Shown one piece after another: positions 1-13,504 of a stretch of DNA of 64,000 nucleotides. The notes under the pieces were generated by a model. That model made no database searches. It saw only the letters and a list, made by a program, of their open reading frames with translations, and was not told the origin of the DNA. Every line of letters starts with the position of its first letter. Position 1 is the stretch's first letter. Source of the stretch: Marsupella aquatica (lineage: Eukaryota; Plantae; Marchantiophyta); assembly GCA_973895155.1 (NCBI GenBank), contig OZ316894.1:17948563-18012562 (forward strand), read 5' to 3'. The position numbers were made by a program, and so were the translations under genes.

Positions 1-1049
1 GTTACGAGCATCAGCTGTTTAGTTTTCAAATTAATGACCCTAGAATCGGAGTTACTCTGCTGGACCTATATATTTCAATTGTGGAGAAGAGAACACACTG
101 AAGATTGGTCGGCGCTATATGTACGCCAGTTGTCGGAGTTACTTTGAAAGTATGGGTGGTGTTGATTTATGGACGTCCTCAGTTTGGACGATCAGGCGAC
201 TCGGATCTTTGATCGCGAAGTCTGGAATGTGAATATCATGTCACATGTTTGTCTTGAATTTTAAACAATGCTCGCGTCCCTTATGACAAAAATGATACCA
301 TTCGAATATCATGTCACGAAGATTGGTAGTCATACAGCGATTGAGACTAGCAAAATTTATGAATTAGACCCCACTCTGCATCCCCAGGTGATGATACAAG
401 ACGCAGAGAAGAGGCTTGGATACATGAGCACAGGGTTGGTTGTGAGCACATGTGAAAAATCTTCGGAGTTGTAACGAATGACCTACGGGTGAGTAAGAAA
501 ATGATGTGGATACCTTCCACCATGGACAGGAAGGGTAGGAATTGGCACCAGCTGGAAGAGGCCACGAGGTTTCACTGAGGTTTGACGATATGATAAGCAG
601 AGGAGGGACGTTTTCTACATTTTCGCGTCTGGCATTGCGACCCTTGCCAGCAATCATAGGTTTGGTTTGTTGCGACTCAAAGATCCAGAAGACGCTCCTC
701 TGGCTTCTGTATGTTGAAGGGTCCAGATTAGATGTACATATTGTTATTAAAGAAGTTTGCGAATACAAAACTCGTCCATAAAATGCCCACCAATTGGCAG
801 ATTAGAGCGCATTCTATTGTCAATCTCAAATCTCCATCACTGCCCTCTCTAAATTATCTTCTCCACTCACAGGCCTTCTCAGTATTGTCGTCCAGAGGTG
901 GCGCACGACTCCGGTTACTCCGGTTTTCCTCTCTCCCTTTCTCCTCATAGGAGGCAATTAACAGCCGTTACGATTTTCTTGAGAAAAATTTGTTTCCGCA
1001 ATCTACTTTTCTCCGGCAGGCCTTCGGAACAATGCAATAGGAAGACGCA

Positions 1050-4000
1050 ATGCGGGAGTTGGATTTGGGAAACGGACTTGGAGTTTCGACTCTAACAAAC
1101 ATGTCGACGCCCACCAGGGCAGCAGGCATTCCATTGAAGCGAGCGACCTCGGCTGATCGCGGAGCTGCAGGGAAAGGGAAGCAAAACCTTAATTCTACAG
1201 GAAAAGGGAATGGCAAGTACAACCGTGAATCGTTCATGCAGCACGCAACACGCGAACCGCTCCCGTTCAATTACAGAAGCAGAAGCGCTCTGTTCAGGAC
1301 GTTGAAAGGAGGAGCAATGGATGGTGGATTGTTCAAAAGCGCTCATGGACTTTACAAGATAGCGATCTTTATCATCGCACTCTGCTTCTTGACAATCACC
1401 GTGATGCAAGGCTCGGTCATGTTCATTGTGAAGTATACAGATTTCCTGACAATTCCGAAAGATGAAGCCTCCAGAACTTCCGACACCTACTGGTTGCCAG
1501 GGCCGCAGGGTATATCCGACTGCGAAACAGCGCTGAGGAGTGCAGTGGAGAACTTCGCGGAACATCTTTCGCTGAAGGCTACAGTTCCAGAGTTGTCGAA
1601 ATTGGAGCGTGGTGCGCGCCGCCCTCCGCGACTCGCGTTGGTACAATAATCTGCCTAAGGCTGTGTTTGTTGTTCGTTCTTATGATCGCGTTTGGAAGGC
1701 AAGGCTGAACTGGAGATTGCCCGAAAGCAGCATCACTGGATCTTATCTTTCCATTCCGTCAGTAATGCCTGTTTGATCGCGGATAATTGTCATACTAGTT
1801 TGATGAAAATGAATCATACAGCGACATGATCCAGAGGATACCTTGGAACATTAGTATTATGATACAGAGCATTACATACAGAGCTCAAAATGTAGAGGAT
1901 ACTGATGATGTCCTACTGAGTGTAAAATGTGAGAACTGTTCGAGCGGAAAAGAATGCTACACGTTGGTTGAAGCTGTTTTTTTGAAATCTGCTGAGTAGT
2001 TTTATTGGTTCACAAGCCGACAAATAGTGGCATTTTGGTATGTCAGTTTTGTGTTACACGGTGTTCTGGAAAGACTAGAACATTCAAACGTGGTTTAGAT
2101 ACTCACCGAGATCTAATACAAGTCTATATGTTGAGTGTATTTCCATAGGCTGCAAAATATCCCCCGACGCGCAGACTGACAGAATATTTTCTGATTACGA
2201 CGAAGTGGTGCTGACAGTTTTTGCGGTGCTGTGATCAGATCTGTCCCAATCTAGAGGACTTTGTCGAATCGGTGCACTTGAGCACTATCGCAAGAGGACT
2301 ACAATGGCTTGGGTATGGCCTGGAGGTATTCACCGTTTCTTTATCGTATTGATTTCAACGGACGATCTGTCTTCAAGTGACAAGTTTCTTTCTGGCAGCT
2401 CAGCAAGACAAGGCTGCAACATGAGGAACGTATATTATCTAGAATTTGCCCTATCTTGGTCAATTTGGCTTCCCTTAACCTGTTTATCTTATAATTCCCT
2501 AAACACATTTTCCGACGATCAGGCGCGGGAACGCGTCTATGATGCCCAGATCATGTTGACATATACCTTAAAAAAAAGTAGATTGCAACAGTACAATGCG
2601 TCCTCGGTGCGTCAAGTACGTCCTGAATTTTATCATAGGCATATTGGATTTGATATACTGTCTTTTAGCGTGTCAAGTTGTGTTGGACTTAATTGTGGCC
2701 GCGCAGTTGTATGGGCGGCAGGATGGGCCCTTGCGCCTTGCGTGGGAGGAAACCGGTGTTTCGGTTCACATTGTGCAAGACGATTGGCAAAATATCACTG
2801 TCGACTGGTCAATGTAAGCCCCTTATGGAAATTTTTGTCTGCGTTCAACATCAGCTGAGCAACATTTTCTTCGAATTTTGAATAGCCAAATTTCATCCGG
2901 TTCTATATTTTCCGTGTTAACCCCTGCTTTAACGCTTCCCATGCAGTTTCGAAGGTATTCTAGCTGTCTCTCTGGATGCCAAGAAAATCATCGAGAGGTG
3001 AGTTAGGCTTTCGAAAGCTTGTTCCAGGTTTGTTCATATCAAGTACACAATGTCGAATATCGCCATGGAAATTTTCACAGTTGTGCGCATCCCAAACACC
3101 ATGGACAAATTAACTGAGACAGTCATTTTGCGTGCTTCTCAGCCTCGCACAGGAGCCGTTCACAGACATACCTGTCCTCTGGATGATTGACGAGAACATA
3201 GTAATAGACAAAGATATTGGCTGGAATGCCTCTGCTGAGCTTCAGGCGGTTCATACAAGTTGGTTGGAGGCTTTTAATCGGAGTACTGTCGTCGTATTCC
3301 CTAACTATTTCCTTCCGGTAATTATTGTTTTAGTGGCGTTATGCTTGTCTTGGACTCGGTTTTGAATGTTGTTGTCTTGCTCTTTCACCTGTTTGTTGGT
3401 TAGAGTCGTAGGAGTCTTTAACTATTTTTGAGACCTATAGACGTGGTTCAGTTGAACTTAGGTGCATTTCCTGTCCGTTAGTTAGATTACTAGCCGGCTC
3501 CACCTGTTCAGGAGCAATGAATGTACAGTAGTTCAATCTACATGAGGTACGTTTTGCATCAAATCTCGGAATATCATGAATGTAATGCTCACGTTGACAT
3601 AATTGTAGATGGTGTACCACGACTTCTACGTTGGAAAGTTTTTTGTGATCCCCGGATCTCCGAGGGAGGTTTGGGAGGCAGAACAGTACATGCTCACGCA
3701 CACGAGAGAAGATGTCCGTGCGAAGGCTGGCTTGAGTTTGGATGATTATGTTATTGTCGTGGTCGGAAGCCCGTGCAAGACTAAACAACTCTGGAGAGAG
3801 CATGCCATCATCATGAAAGCCGTAGCCAATCTCATCTCATCCTCCTCCAGGAAACAAGGTGCTGCCACATTGGGGCGCTTTAGGTTGCTTTTCTATGGTC
3901 ATGGGAATTCTTCTAGTAGTTACGAACTTACTCTACAGGCAAGCAACTTTTGAATATTTCTTTCCTTCTTTTGAGTCTGTCTTGTATTGTTTCTTCATTT

Positions 4001-7000
4001 TCTATCGGTTTAGAAATGAATCCCAGAGTCTGATTCGGTCTCCGTCGGCTTTGAATTGAACTGATTGCGTTTGTTTGACTGATTGATTGGTTGATTGAGT
4101 GCAATCATCTTTACTTTTGCTATGACAAACGAAGGTTGTCTCGATTATGAGAACAGGATAGGGGAGCATCTGGAGAGGATATCATAGCAACTTACAGCAA
4201 GTATTTGATACGTTGCACATTTACTCAACAATCCACTCACTTCTCTCCGCAATTAGCTCACCAGGACATTACATATTAGTAAATGGGGTCGGGGGCTTGG
4301 TGCTGCAGGTGATGGCGCAGCAATTGGGGCTGAGTGTTGGGGCCGTGAAGCATGTGGGAGTTGATCGTGATTATCACGATGTGCTCTGGCTGGCCGATGT
4401 AGTTGTTTATGGATCGTTATGGGAAGAACTATCTTTTCCTCCAATTTTAATCCGGGCCATGACGTTGAAGCGTCCTCTTGTCGTTCCGAACCTCGATGTC
4501 ATAAGCCAACAGGTAAAGTTGTTACTCGATGGCCGTCAAATGCATTTAACATTTGAAATGAAGAAATTAGAATTGATCGGTGCCCTGGACCTCGGTTATA
4601 TCTAAAAGGTGAAAAGCCTTGCCAGCTAGGTGACACAAAATGGTAAATTGAGTGATATCTTGGAGCGCAGCTGAAAAACTTCTTAGGGCCCTCAACAGGT
4701 TGTAGATGGGAAGTCCGGCTTTATGTTTCCGGCTGGAGATGATCAAGCGCTGGGGCGAGTGCTCTTGATGGTCAAATCAAATCTGGTCCTGGCGCGGAAT
4801 GTTGCCTTCCAAGGTGCATCTCTTGCTCGCATCATGCTTGCTAGAGATGCAGTGGTCGACTACAGCTACCTATTGGAAAGAGTTTTAGAATTTCCTGGGG
4901 AAGCACAACTACCACGATCTACGGTTGAGATGCAGGAAGTTGTAGAGGAAGCGATACCAGAAGGTTGGCGATGGGATTTTTGGGGAGAGATTGAGACTGT
5001 CACAGCGACTGTGAAAGATCTGCTCTACCTGACGTCAGCTACTGATCTCAGATTTGTAGGCAACTCCTCGGTTATTGACTCGGGCAGGGAAGATCTGGAG
5101 TCCTCCGGGGACGACTTCGAGTTGCTGAACGAGAAAGACCTGTTTCAGGAGAAACAAGGAGAAGGGATCGTGACGTTAGAACTAGTGGAAAATGAAATGG
5201 TATCTGACTGAACTTGGTTACTGATTTTTATCTCCGGTTCCATATCTTACGATGACCTAAATGTTGCGCACCTTTCAATCCCAGGAATGATTTTCACTTC
5301 TATTTTGCAAAGGTCCGCTCCGTTGGCAAAGAATGGTCATTATCTCCCCTTGGTTTGACAGATTAGGGACAGACTCGAGAGGGTGGATACATCATTTGAG
5401 GAAGTCAACAAGATGGTCAAGAAGACGGAAACCCGAGTTGCTCAGGAAAAGCACCTAGAAATAGATAATTTGGAAGTTGAACGGGTTGCCCAACCTCTCT
5501 GTATATATGAACCGTACCACGGGTCGGGTGCCTGGTCCTTCTTGCATAGGGATCACCTACTCTATAGAGGTCTTAGCTTGGTACGTACTCTGGTGCCCCC
5601 CTCTATGTTCTTACTATCATTCAAGGCTATCTGTTATAAATTGGGTCACATATTTAGACGAGGTGCTTTGTTGACGCAACAGTATTTATTTGCTTTCGCT
5701 TTTAGGAATTACGATCGAGATCAAACATAGTTTGTCTGGACATCGACCATTCTTCGTTCAAGCCGTAAAGGACATTTCTTCTGGACGTACTTGCTGGCAG
5801 GGCGATGCTAAGGATTCATTATTGTAAACTTGTATCAAAAGGGTAAAAAGGAACGGAAAAAGGATTCATCATTGTGTGCTTTGGCCGACGTTTCAGTCAC
5901 CTTACGGGCGGAGACCATTACTTGATGATGTGGATGGAGGAAGTCGTCTTCGCCTCTTGAACGATTCTTACTACCGGGAAGTTCTTTGTGATGTTGCGGG
6001 GTTTTTCGCGATCGCGAAGCTCATCGATCGTGTGCACAGAAACCCGTGGATCGGATTTCAGCCTTGGCGTGCTGTAAGCAAAAAGGTTTGTTTGTTACCA
6101 ATCTAAGGTTGCAAATCCATATTGCTGTTTAATTTATAGAGGCTGGATCTAGGACGTTAGAGCATGACTACTATCTCAGTAAAACTGTCTGGGACGTCCG
6201 CGACAACACCCGTCTGGAGTGGGAACATTGAGTCAAGGCAGCACGCAAAAAGGTTTGTTTGTTACCAATCTAAGGTTGCAAATCCATATTGCTGTTTAAT
6301 TTATAGAGGCTGGATCTAGGACGTTAGAGCATGACTACTATCTCAGTAAAACTGTCTGGGACGTCCGCGACAACACCCGTCTGGAGTGGGAACATTGAGT
6401 CAAGGCCATGCTTACGCGAGCCTTGTCCAACTGTGCTACTTTTGACCCCAAACTCTCGTCTCAATGCAGTTGGCCCTAACAATGCCCGCAGAAGCAGCGT
6501 TATTGGCGGCTGTCGCGACAGAGCAGCACGGCGACGCTCTCTATTTCTGGGCACAACTGGAATCAAAGGACTCTCGGCCTGCTGATGACTTCTGGAATGC
6601 ATGCGATGTAGTCAATGCAGGAAACTGTAGGCATGTGGTCCAGTCATCCCTACGACCATTTTGCCAATGTTTTGCCATAAAATGACAGACGTGATTAGTA
6701 GTCTAGCAGGCCATTATCTGTAGCTCTATCAGGTCATACGCAACTTAGTCTGTCATTACTTTGCAAATTAATACTGAATTCGTAAACTAATATATCGATT
6801 GAACCGTGAGCTAATGTTGGTTTATTGTTGATGTTAAGCTGCAGGGGTGTTTTTTATGATACTTTCAAACAAATGTACGGCTTGCCATCAAATTGGACGC
6901 ATCTTCCGCCTATGCCAATAGATGGGGGTACATGGGCTGCAATGCATTGCTGGGCGATGCCTACCACGTCGTATTTGGAGTTTGTCATGTTTGCCAGGTA

Positions 7001-8276
7001 TCTGCATTTATCACTCTATTTCCTCGCAAATGTCCGGTTGCGGCATTCAGCCTGGTTGATGGTGTGGGTGACTGTCATTCAGCCGCGTTATTTGTCGTCG
7101 TGGGTGACTGTCAGGAAAAATTGGAGAACAGCTCTGACAAGTTATTCGTTTAGCACGGGCAGTCTTAGCAGTTGCCAGAGTCAACGCCTAGATTGTGCAA
7201 GTCGAGATAGAGATTATCCTAGGTAGAGACTAAACGTACACGCGTAACAGGATTTAGCATGTGTTGAGACAAGGTGACTTACAAATTAGAATGAGTCGGT
7301 AATATTTGTTGGGAGGCCAGAATAGTGTACGCGGTCAGGGAGTTCATCTAGAAACGCTACAATTGTCGTTACTATAATCAGACTGTTCAGTTCGTACTAA
7401 TTCGATCTTTGCGTGGGTAACGAGTATGCCAGTATTACTATGATACACTCCAATATTTGTTTTGGTCCAAAGAAAAACAGGTTACTTGACGGGGACTAAC
7501 TCCTTTAAACTGATTGGCTTTTGGACTGCAATTAAACGCAGTGCGCTGAGAGTTGATTTGAATCTTCTGACTACACCGATCGACGTAAGTATAGATCCTA
7601 TCGTAGGCATGCAATGGATGATTGAATTTCGCCGGGGCAACCTGTTTGTGGATGTCAGGATCTTCGTCAATGCGTTGGATGCACTGCAATACGAAGACCA
7701 TCATGACAGAGGAAGATGTTGTTTCAAGGTCTCTAGGATTGAGGTGAGTGAACGCACTTTTACATATGTATAGGCTTCACGGTTTTTTCAACTATTAATT
7801 TTGAACATATGCATGTGCTCAGTTTCATCACGCCTGGGCTATTCAAATCTATGCAGGTGAAGCACTGTTACTGTAATTTTTTGGAGGGGTTAGTCAATAT
7901 CTGGGCTTATCACAGTGCCCGGCGAATGATCTATATCGACCCCGAATCTGGTATGATGCATGAGCAACACAATCTTGGAGAACGCAGGGGGCAAATGAAG
8001 GCGAAGTGGTTCAGACAAAGCCTCTTGAAAAGCATGGATGAAGACCTGGCCGAAGAGGCAGACGAAGGACCTTCCGATACGCGATGGCTGTGGCCAGACA
8101 CCGGCGAGGTGTACTGGGCAGGCAGCAAAGAGAAAGAAAGGAGAGCGAGATTTGAAGCAAAAGTTGAAAGGAAGCGCAAGCAATTAGAAAAGCAGGCAAC
8201 TAAAGTTAAATACAAACAAAAGGCCCTAGGTTCTAGGTACCGTAAGCCCAAAGTAGCCAAGGAGATAATTTCGTGA
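1050..8276 (+). CDS. Multi-exon glycosyltransferase (GT-B/GT4-like, At4g01210/At5g04480 'glycosyl transferase family 1' type), N-terminal membrane anchor
   Basis: Spliced exons give RPPRLAL|ICPNLED..GYGLE|LYGRQDGP..VDWS|..QEPFTDIPVLWMIDE..VVVFPNYFLP|..FFVIPGSPREVWEAE..|ADVVVYGSLWEELSFPPILIRAM..|QPLCIYEPYHGSGAWSFLH..LYRGLSL|..DDVDGGSRLRLLNDSYYREVLC..HRNPWIGFQPWRA|..LPPMPIDGGTWAAMHCWAMPTTSYLEFVMFAR|IFVNALD..|KHCYC..VNIWAYHSARRMIYIDPESG..MDEDLAEEAD..WLWPDTGEVYW. Stop TGA at 8274-8276. Hydrophobic segment IAIFIIALCFLTITVM in exon 1. Start may be ATG 1050 or 1101. Confidence 0.9.
6078..6406. repeat. Near-exact tandem duplication of 162 bp (6078-6239 / 6245-6406) that includes a 5' splice site
   Basis: Both copies read gcaaaaag|gtttgtttgttaccaatc...aacattgagtcaaggc and are separated by the 5-bp spacer agcac. 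Confidence 0.95.
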
Positions 8277-10363
8277 GCGTGTCCAAGGGACAACCTTGCT
8301 GTCTTAAGTTGTCCCAACTGCCCACCGCTTTTCTTCAATCTTCATTCGTAGCCTACAGTTCCCGTGCGTGCGTTGACTGTAGTGGCCCGCAGCTGTGATT
8401 CGGCTGTTTTTCTGAAGAACATTTTTTGTTTCCCTGTAGTGGCATTTCGTAGGCTCGTAGTCTTGCAGCGTTCATTCCCCAATCGACTCCAATTGTAGGC
8501 TCCAACAATATTCAGTAAAGAGGGACAAGTTTACCCTCGACATACCTGGAGGTACGAAAGGTTTGTCTTGTACATAATCACCCTCGGACCCATTTGGTCT
8601 TGGGAATTGGCTAAAACCTCCCCACTTGTACATATATCGGCTAATGAAGGATCAAGGCTTTCCAGGGCTATTGTTTGATGTCAGTGGACTGGAGTTTTAG
8701 ATTTGACGTAATTAAATTGTTCTTATGTTCAATTTTTATTTGTGGCTGCACGGACAGGGAAAATGTCCACGACAGAGCTACGGTGAAGGTCAATCCCTCT
8801 GGGAATGTCACTGAAGGTGGGGGTGCTAGTTGAAAACAAGGATTGGGGGTAGGGTGAACAAAAACTTGGGCTTGAGCAGGCTAATTATATCTATAGCACA
8901 TCTTGAGTCACAGTTTGTTCTGCCCAACTATATAATGGCTATCAAAAGCTACTACTCAGGGCTTACTGTCCAGAGTGACTCTAGGGGCGGAACTGCATGG
9001 GTGGTTACTAGTGGAAAATGGGTATTGGGGAGGGTTGAATGGGGATTACTAGTGGAAATCGTGTATTGGGGAGGGTTGCCCTTGAATGTCCTCACATGCA
9101 AAGAAAGGGAACTCAGGCTCGTTATGGGTGAGATTGAAGCGCCATGGTAAACCATATTGTAAGCTATCTTCCAATTGCGGCAGGAAGCAACTGAATCAGA
9201 TTCCGAGGTGGGACACTTGATGAGGATGCTGGTTGATTTGTCGCTGAGATGAAATTCTTCCATTACTCGATTGTTTTAGGACTTCAACAAGATCTAAGCA
9301 GTTCGTAGAACATTCCTAAACTCTAAAGTAAAGCGAGAACTTCTATCAGGACCGCTTACGCGGATCTGCAGGATTCTGTCAATAGTCTCTGATTGTGATG
9401 ATGGATTTAACTTTTAAATCACGAGCATGGTGCCAACGCTGTAGCACTTCAATAATGACTGATGAGATTCTGTCAACTACAATGGCAACTAGAAGTTAGT
9501 TACTGCAGTTGTCATTAATTGATGAATATATTCTTGATGACAGCCTGTCGGTTGAGACGCAAGTTCTGATTTCGTCCTCCGACTCCCGTTGTATTCTAAC
9601 TCGAAGTTTTACGTAATAATTGAGCGGATGTTGCGAAGTTCCATTCCCACCTCCTGGTGTTGAAATGTCTACTTACTACTGAAATCCTAAGACTGAGGTA
9701 GTGGGCTTGGCTTGTCACGATACAACTATATAAGACTGGTAGGAAAGATGCATTTACGGAAAATTCGCGGAATGGATCGATCTCGGCTGCGATCGGAGGT
9801 CGACCGCAGGAGTCATTCGGCTGATGCTCCCTACCATAGCTGCGCACCACCACTACGTTCTTTTTAGGCCCAGCTTCTTCCCCGGCACAGGCTCCCCAAG
9901 TCTATTTAGCACCACTGGGGAGCACAGGCTCCACAACAAATTGAAAAGCCTGACAAAGCTATGGGGTAACCCATAAAACAATGGTTGAATCAGATGAATC
10001 AAATTGTGAATAGCATGATGCACCTGCAAGAGAAGATCCATGGTACCAGTTTCAGTAGTCAAAATTTATAAAAATTCACCTCACTTTTGGCATTAGTAAC
10101 TTTTTGGCACTAAATTCCTCTGTTTTTTTTTGGTCTTCAATGAGACACTTTCATACCTAGCCATCGACACAATCTGACGGTTGTCCTTAAATCTAGAGAG
10201 ATTTAACAAGCAGAGTCAATCAATGAATATTATGCGAAGTATTCTTAGAATCTTCTCCTTCACTCTAATGACCAAAAAGAAACAACATTTAAATTACCTT
10301 GATTGAGAGACAAAGAAAGGGGTGTCCTTGGCAAGGTTGGTAGCAAATGGAACATGTATCGTT

Positions 10364-10711
10364 TGTTGAGCATAGAGTACATTCATTCCGATAAGCACAT
10401 GACACATCCAATGCACAATTCATCGACACAAGAGATACATGGTTCACCTCCTCGAGGCTATGTCCTTGAGAACACACAAGAGAACTTTAATTATTGAATT
10501 CTAAGTCCATTGATCATACCAAGTCTCCACAATGTAAGCTCTCCTCATCTCTCAAGTGACCCCATAACAATGAGCCTTATTTCCACTTATCCTAGGAAGC
10601 ACCGCTTAGGATATAGTGTGTAACTTAGTTGACCTAACCACGTCTCTGATTACGGTTAGTCTAACTACAATTATATATCGTAACCCTAAACGTAAGAGAA
10701 AATACCTAACA
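10364..10711 (-). mobile_element. Solo LTR related to the copia at 15417-21106
   Basis: Reverse-complement similarity to the young LTR (cgacacaagagatac.tggttcacctcc..gaggcta; agtctccaca.tgtaagctctc; end cgtaagagaaaatacctaaca). TG..CA termini. Flanks TCGTT / TCATT are a 5-bp TSD with one transition. Confidence 0.85.
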
Positions 10712-11349
10712 TCATTCGTTGTGTGTTCACCCCTAAATGACCCACACGTACGAATAATGTGCAACACTACTATGGTCCACATTCCAGTTTTGCCATCATG
10801 GTCGTCCGGGTGTCTTTAGTTGAGACAATTGGTGCTATTCTTGCAATGTGGCAAGGCTGGCTAGGCAAGGGCCATTACTGCCCATCCCGACTATCAATTT
10901 TGTGTCGTACGCATACATATCGCTACTGACACAACATACATCGCTTGTCACATACATCCAAACATAGTCACACTGCCACATCATAAGCACGGGAGAATGG
11001 AATACAAGTGGAACTCATGTCCACACATGTCCAAAACCCACAATAATCTCAATAAAATCAAACCACAATCGACTCCAACAATACGCACTCAATCCCGTCC
11101 CATCCGATCACACACATATGTCAGCCGACCCACCTTGCACTCAAGGAATCCACGCTACATAGAAGGAGCCCCGACCACCATAGCCACAACATGAGCTCCT
11201 CCCTCCAAGGCTTAACATCAAAAGATAACCTTTCGATGCCTCACAAGAGAGACCTACCCTCTCACACAAACCTAACAAAACCTTATCGACTCCTATAGCA
11301 CACATACTAAACATATGGATCTAGATAGTACTATACACTCTAACACTAC

Positions 11350-11815
11350 CTAGAATGGTATGACATGCTGCTGCAACATATGCTTTTGTAGTAGATTGAG
11401 ATATACATTTCTGCAAGGTAGACTTCCAACTTCTACGTCCTCCTTCAAGAGTAAACAATACCCAGTTGTTGACCTCCGTGTTTCCAGACAGCCTCCATAG
11501 TCAAAATCTACATAGTCAACCAACGATTTGGTTTTGTTTGATTTATTATTAAATAACAGACCATAGTCTATTATGTCCTTAAGATACATGAGAATCCACT
11601 TCATAGCTCCCCACGTACTTTCCATGGATTTGACATGAATCTACTCACTTTGCCCATTGCTAGGGCTAGATCGATCAGGCCTGGTACACATCATCAAATA
11701 CATTAGATTGCCCATTGCCTTCTTAGAAGGAACCTTAGTCATCAAACCTCTTTCCACTAGATCCGTTGGACAGAAAGCCAATGATAACTTGAAATGTGAA
11801 GCCAAAAGAATATTT
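11350..11815 (-). mobile_element. Degenerate Ty1/copia RT-RNaseH fragment
   Basis: Translates to WGAMKWILMYLKDIIDYGLLF..YVDFDYGGCLETRRSTTGY, homologous to the pol C-terminus of the young element, with frameshifts. Confidence 0.85.
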
Positions 11816-11989
11816 ATTGGTCGGCCTATTCATTAAACGTGTATTTTCTTTTGTTCACAAATCAATCCTGAAATGTACACTATCATGTCCCCAAATGTAC
11901 ACTTTAAGAATCCCAAATGTACACTTTTTGATACCTATATGTACACTTTATAGGCCAATTCTTATTAGTATTATATTAATAAATTAGTC

Positions 11990-13504
11990 ACATCCAAATC
12001 GGGAATTTTTCTTGCTTTGAGTATTGTTGACCACACATAATTCTCAATGTTTTGTTTCTGACTCTTCCTTTGCCACTTATACAGGATAAACACCAAACAA
12101 AATGCTCAAGCTCATTAACCAATTGCCTCACAAGCCACACAACCTTCTTCCCAAGCTTGAAAGGTTTTTCTGTCCTCAGGTGCAATTTTAGAGTAGCATG
12201 CCAACGCTCCACTGCACCACTGCTCCATTAGTGTCCTGGTTGGCATGCTTAAACCTCCTGAAGTTCCTCACCCACTTTTCCACCCGGTGGTGCCATTCCT
12301 TCTCATAATAGCTAACAAACTCGCTATACTTGCCCTTCCACTTTTTAATGAAATCTGTGGACTTCTGAAACAGCATCTGCAATACCACAATGATCAAAAG
12401 AATGAGGAGAATGATTTTGAGAAAATGGAACCAATTTTACTCCACAATAATCTTTGCTACAGTTGTGAATGTGTTTATGTTGTCTTAGTACGCTGCAAAG
12501 TTCTTTAAGGATATGGTACCTGATGAAAGTGCTCCCATTATCTGTCCCAACTCCTTATTCACCTCTGCCCTTGAAACAGGATCTTTTATCTTCTTCAAAA
12601 CCTGTTTGTAGGGCACACCAGACATGCCACAAACATAATACTATTGGGACTCCTGGCCATAGTGACCTGCCACAAAATCCCAAAACTCAAATGGAAAATA
12701 AATATGGGGTTCAGGCTCACATACTGATTAAAACACTCATTTGGTTACCAGGCCTCCAAATAGGGGTATTTGGGCCATGTGGAAGCCAAAAATACAAAGG
12801 GAACTGAATAAGACAAAATGGTAATAAGTAGAGGAGGTGGGGTGAACTCAAAAAAGTGACTTCATATTCGAGTTCAGGAGGGGTCATTCACCCCCGGGTG
12901 AGTTGGGGTTCAGGCTGACATACTTCATGAAACGCTCATTTGGCGACCAGGGCCTCCAAATAGGGGGTATTTGGGCCGGCAGTGTCAAGCGAAAAATACA
13001 AAGGGAACCGAATAAGACAAAATGGGAATAAGTCAAGGAGGGGGGTTGAAGTCAAAAAAGTGACTTCATATTTGAGTTCAGGAGGAGTCATTGACCCCCG
13101 GGGTGAGTTGGGATTCAGGCTGCCTGACATACTTCATAAAATGCTCATTTGGTGACCAGGACCTCCAAATAGGGGTTATTTGGGCCATTGTCAAGCGAAA
13201 AATACAAAGGGAACTAAATTATACAAAAGGAACAAATAAATACAAAGGGAACTACAAACTACAAAATTGGAAGAATAACTCACATCAATGCATTGTGCTC
13301 TTCATCAGCACAATCCACAAGAAATGCTGAAGGCATCCATGTGTCCTCCAACTTGAGGACCTGGGACCTTGTTCTTTCAATGGCCCCTTTTACCGCTGTG
13401 AGCACAATTTGGAGATCTGCTTCCGCCTTAGATTCTGTCCAAGCCCAACAAGTTGGGATCTCATTTTGCCATTCATCATAACACAACAACGTGTGAAGCT
13501 CATA
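11990..13504 (-). pseudogene. Spliced MULE/Mutator-like DDE transposase pseudogene
   Basis: Exon 13504-13284 (YELHTLLCYDEWQNEIPTCW..FLVDCADEEHNAL) splices GT-AG to 12666 (SLWPGVPIVLCLWHV, the CxxH motif). Downstream: FIKKWK..FVSYYEKEW..DTNGAVERWHATLK. Frameshifts and stops are present. Confidence 0.75.
12706..13215. repeat. ~200-bp tandem repeat, about 2.5 copies, inside the transposase intron
   Basis: ggg.ttcaggct..catact..ctcatttgg..accagg.cctccaaatagggg..aaaaatacaaagggaac recurs at ~12706, ~12905 and ~13109. Confidence 0.85.

Noticed and set aside
1-770. Possible first exons of a divergent minus-strand gene (GAAG|GTATCC donor near 513)
   Set aside because: No recognisable protein motif and truncated by the window edge; cannot be supported.
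1092-1646. 184-aa minus-strand ORF (and 7931-8338)
   Set aside because: Antisense shadows of glycosyltransferase exons.
8830-9850. Short ORFs and splice-like signals downstream of the glycosyltransferase
   Set aside because: No coherent gene model or recognisable product.
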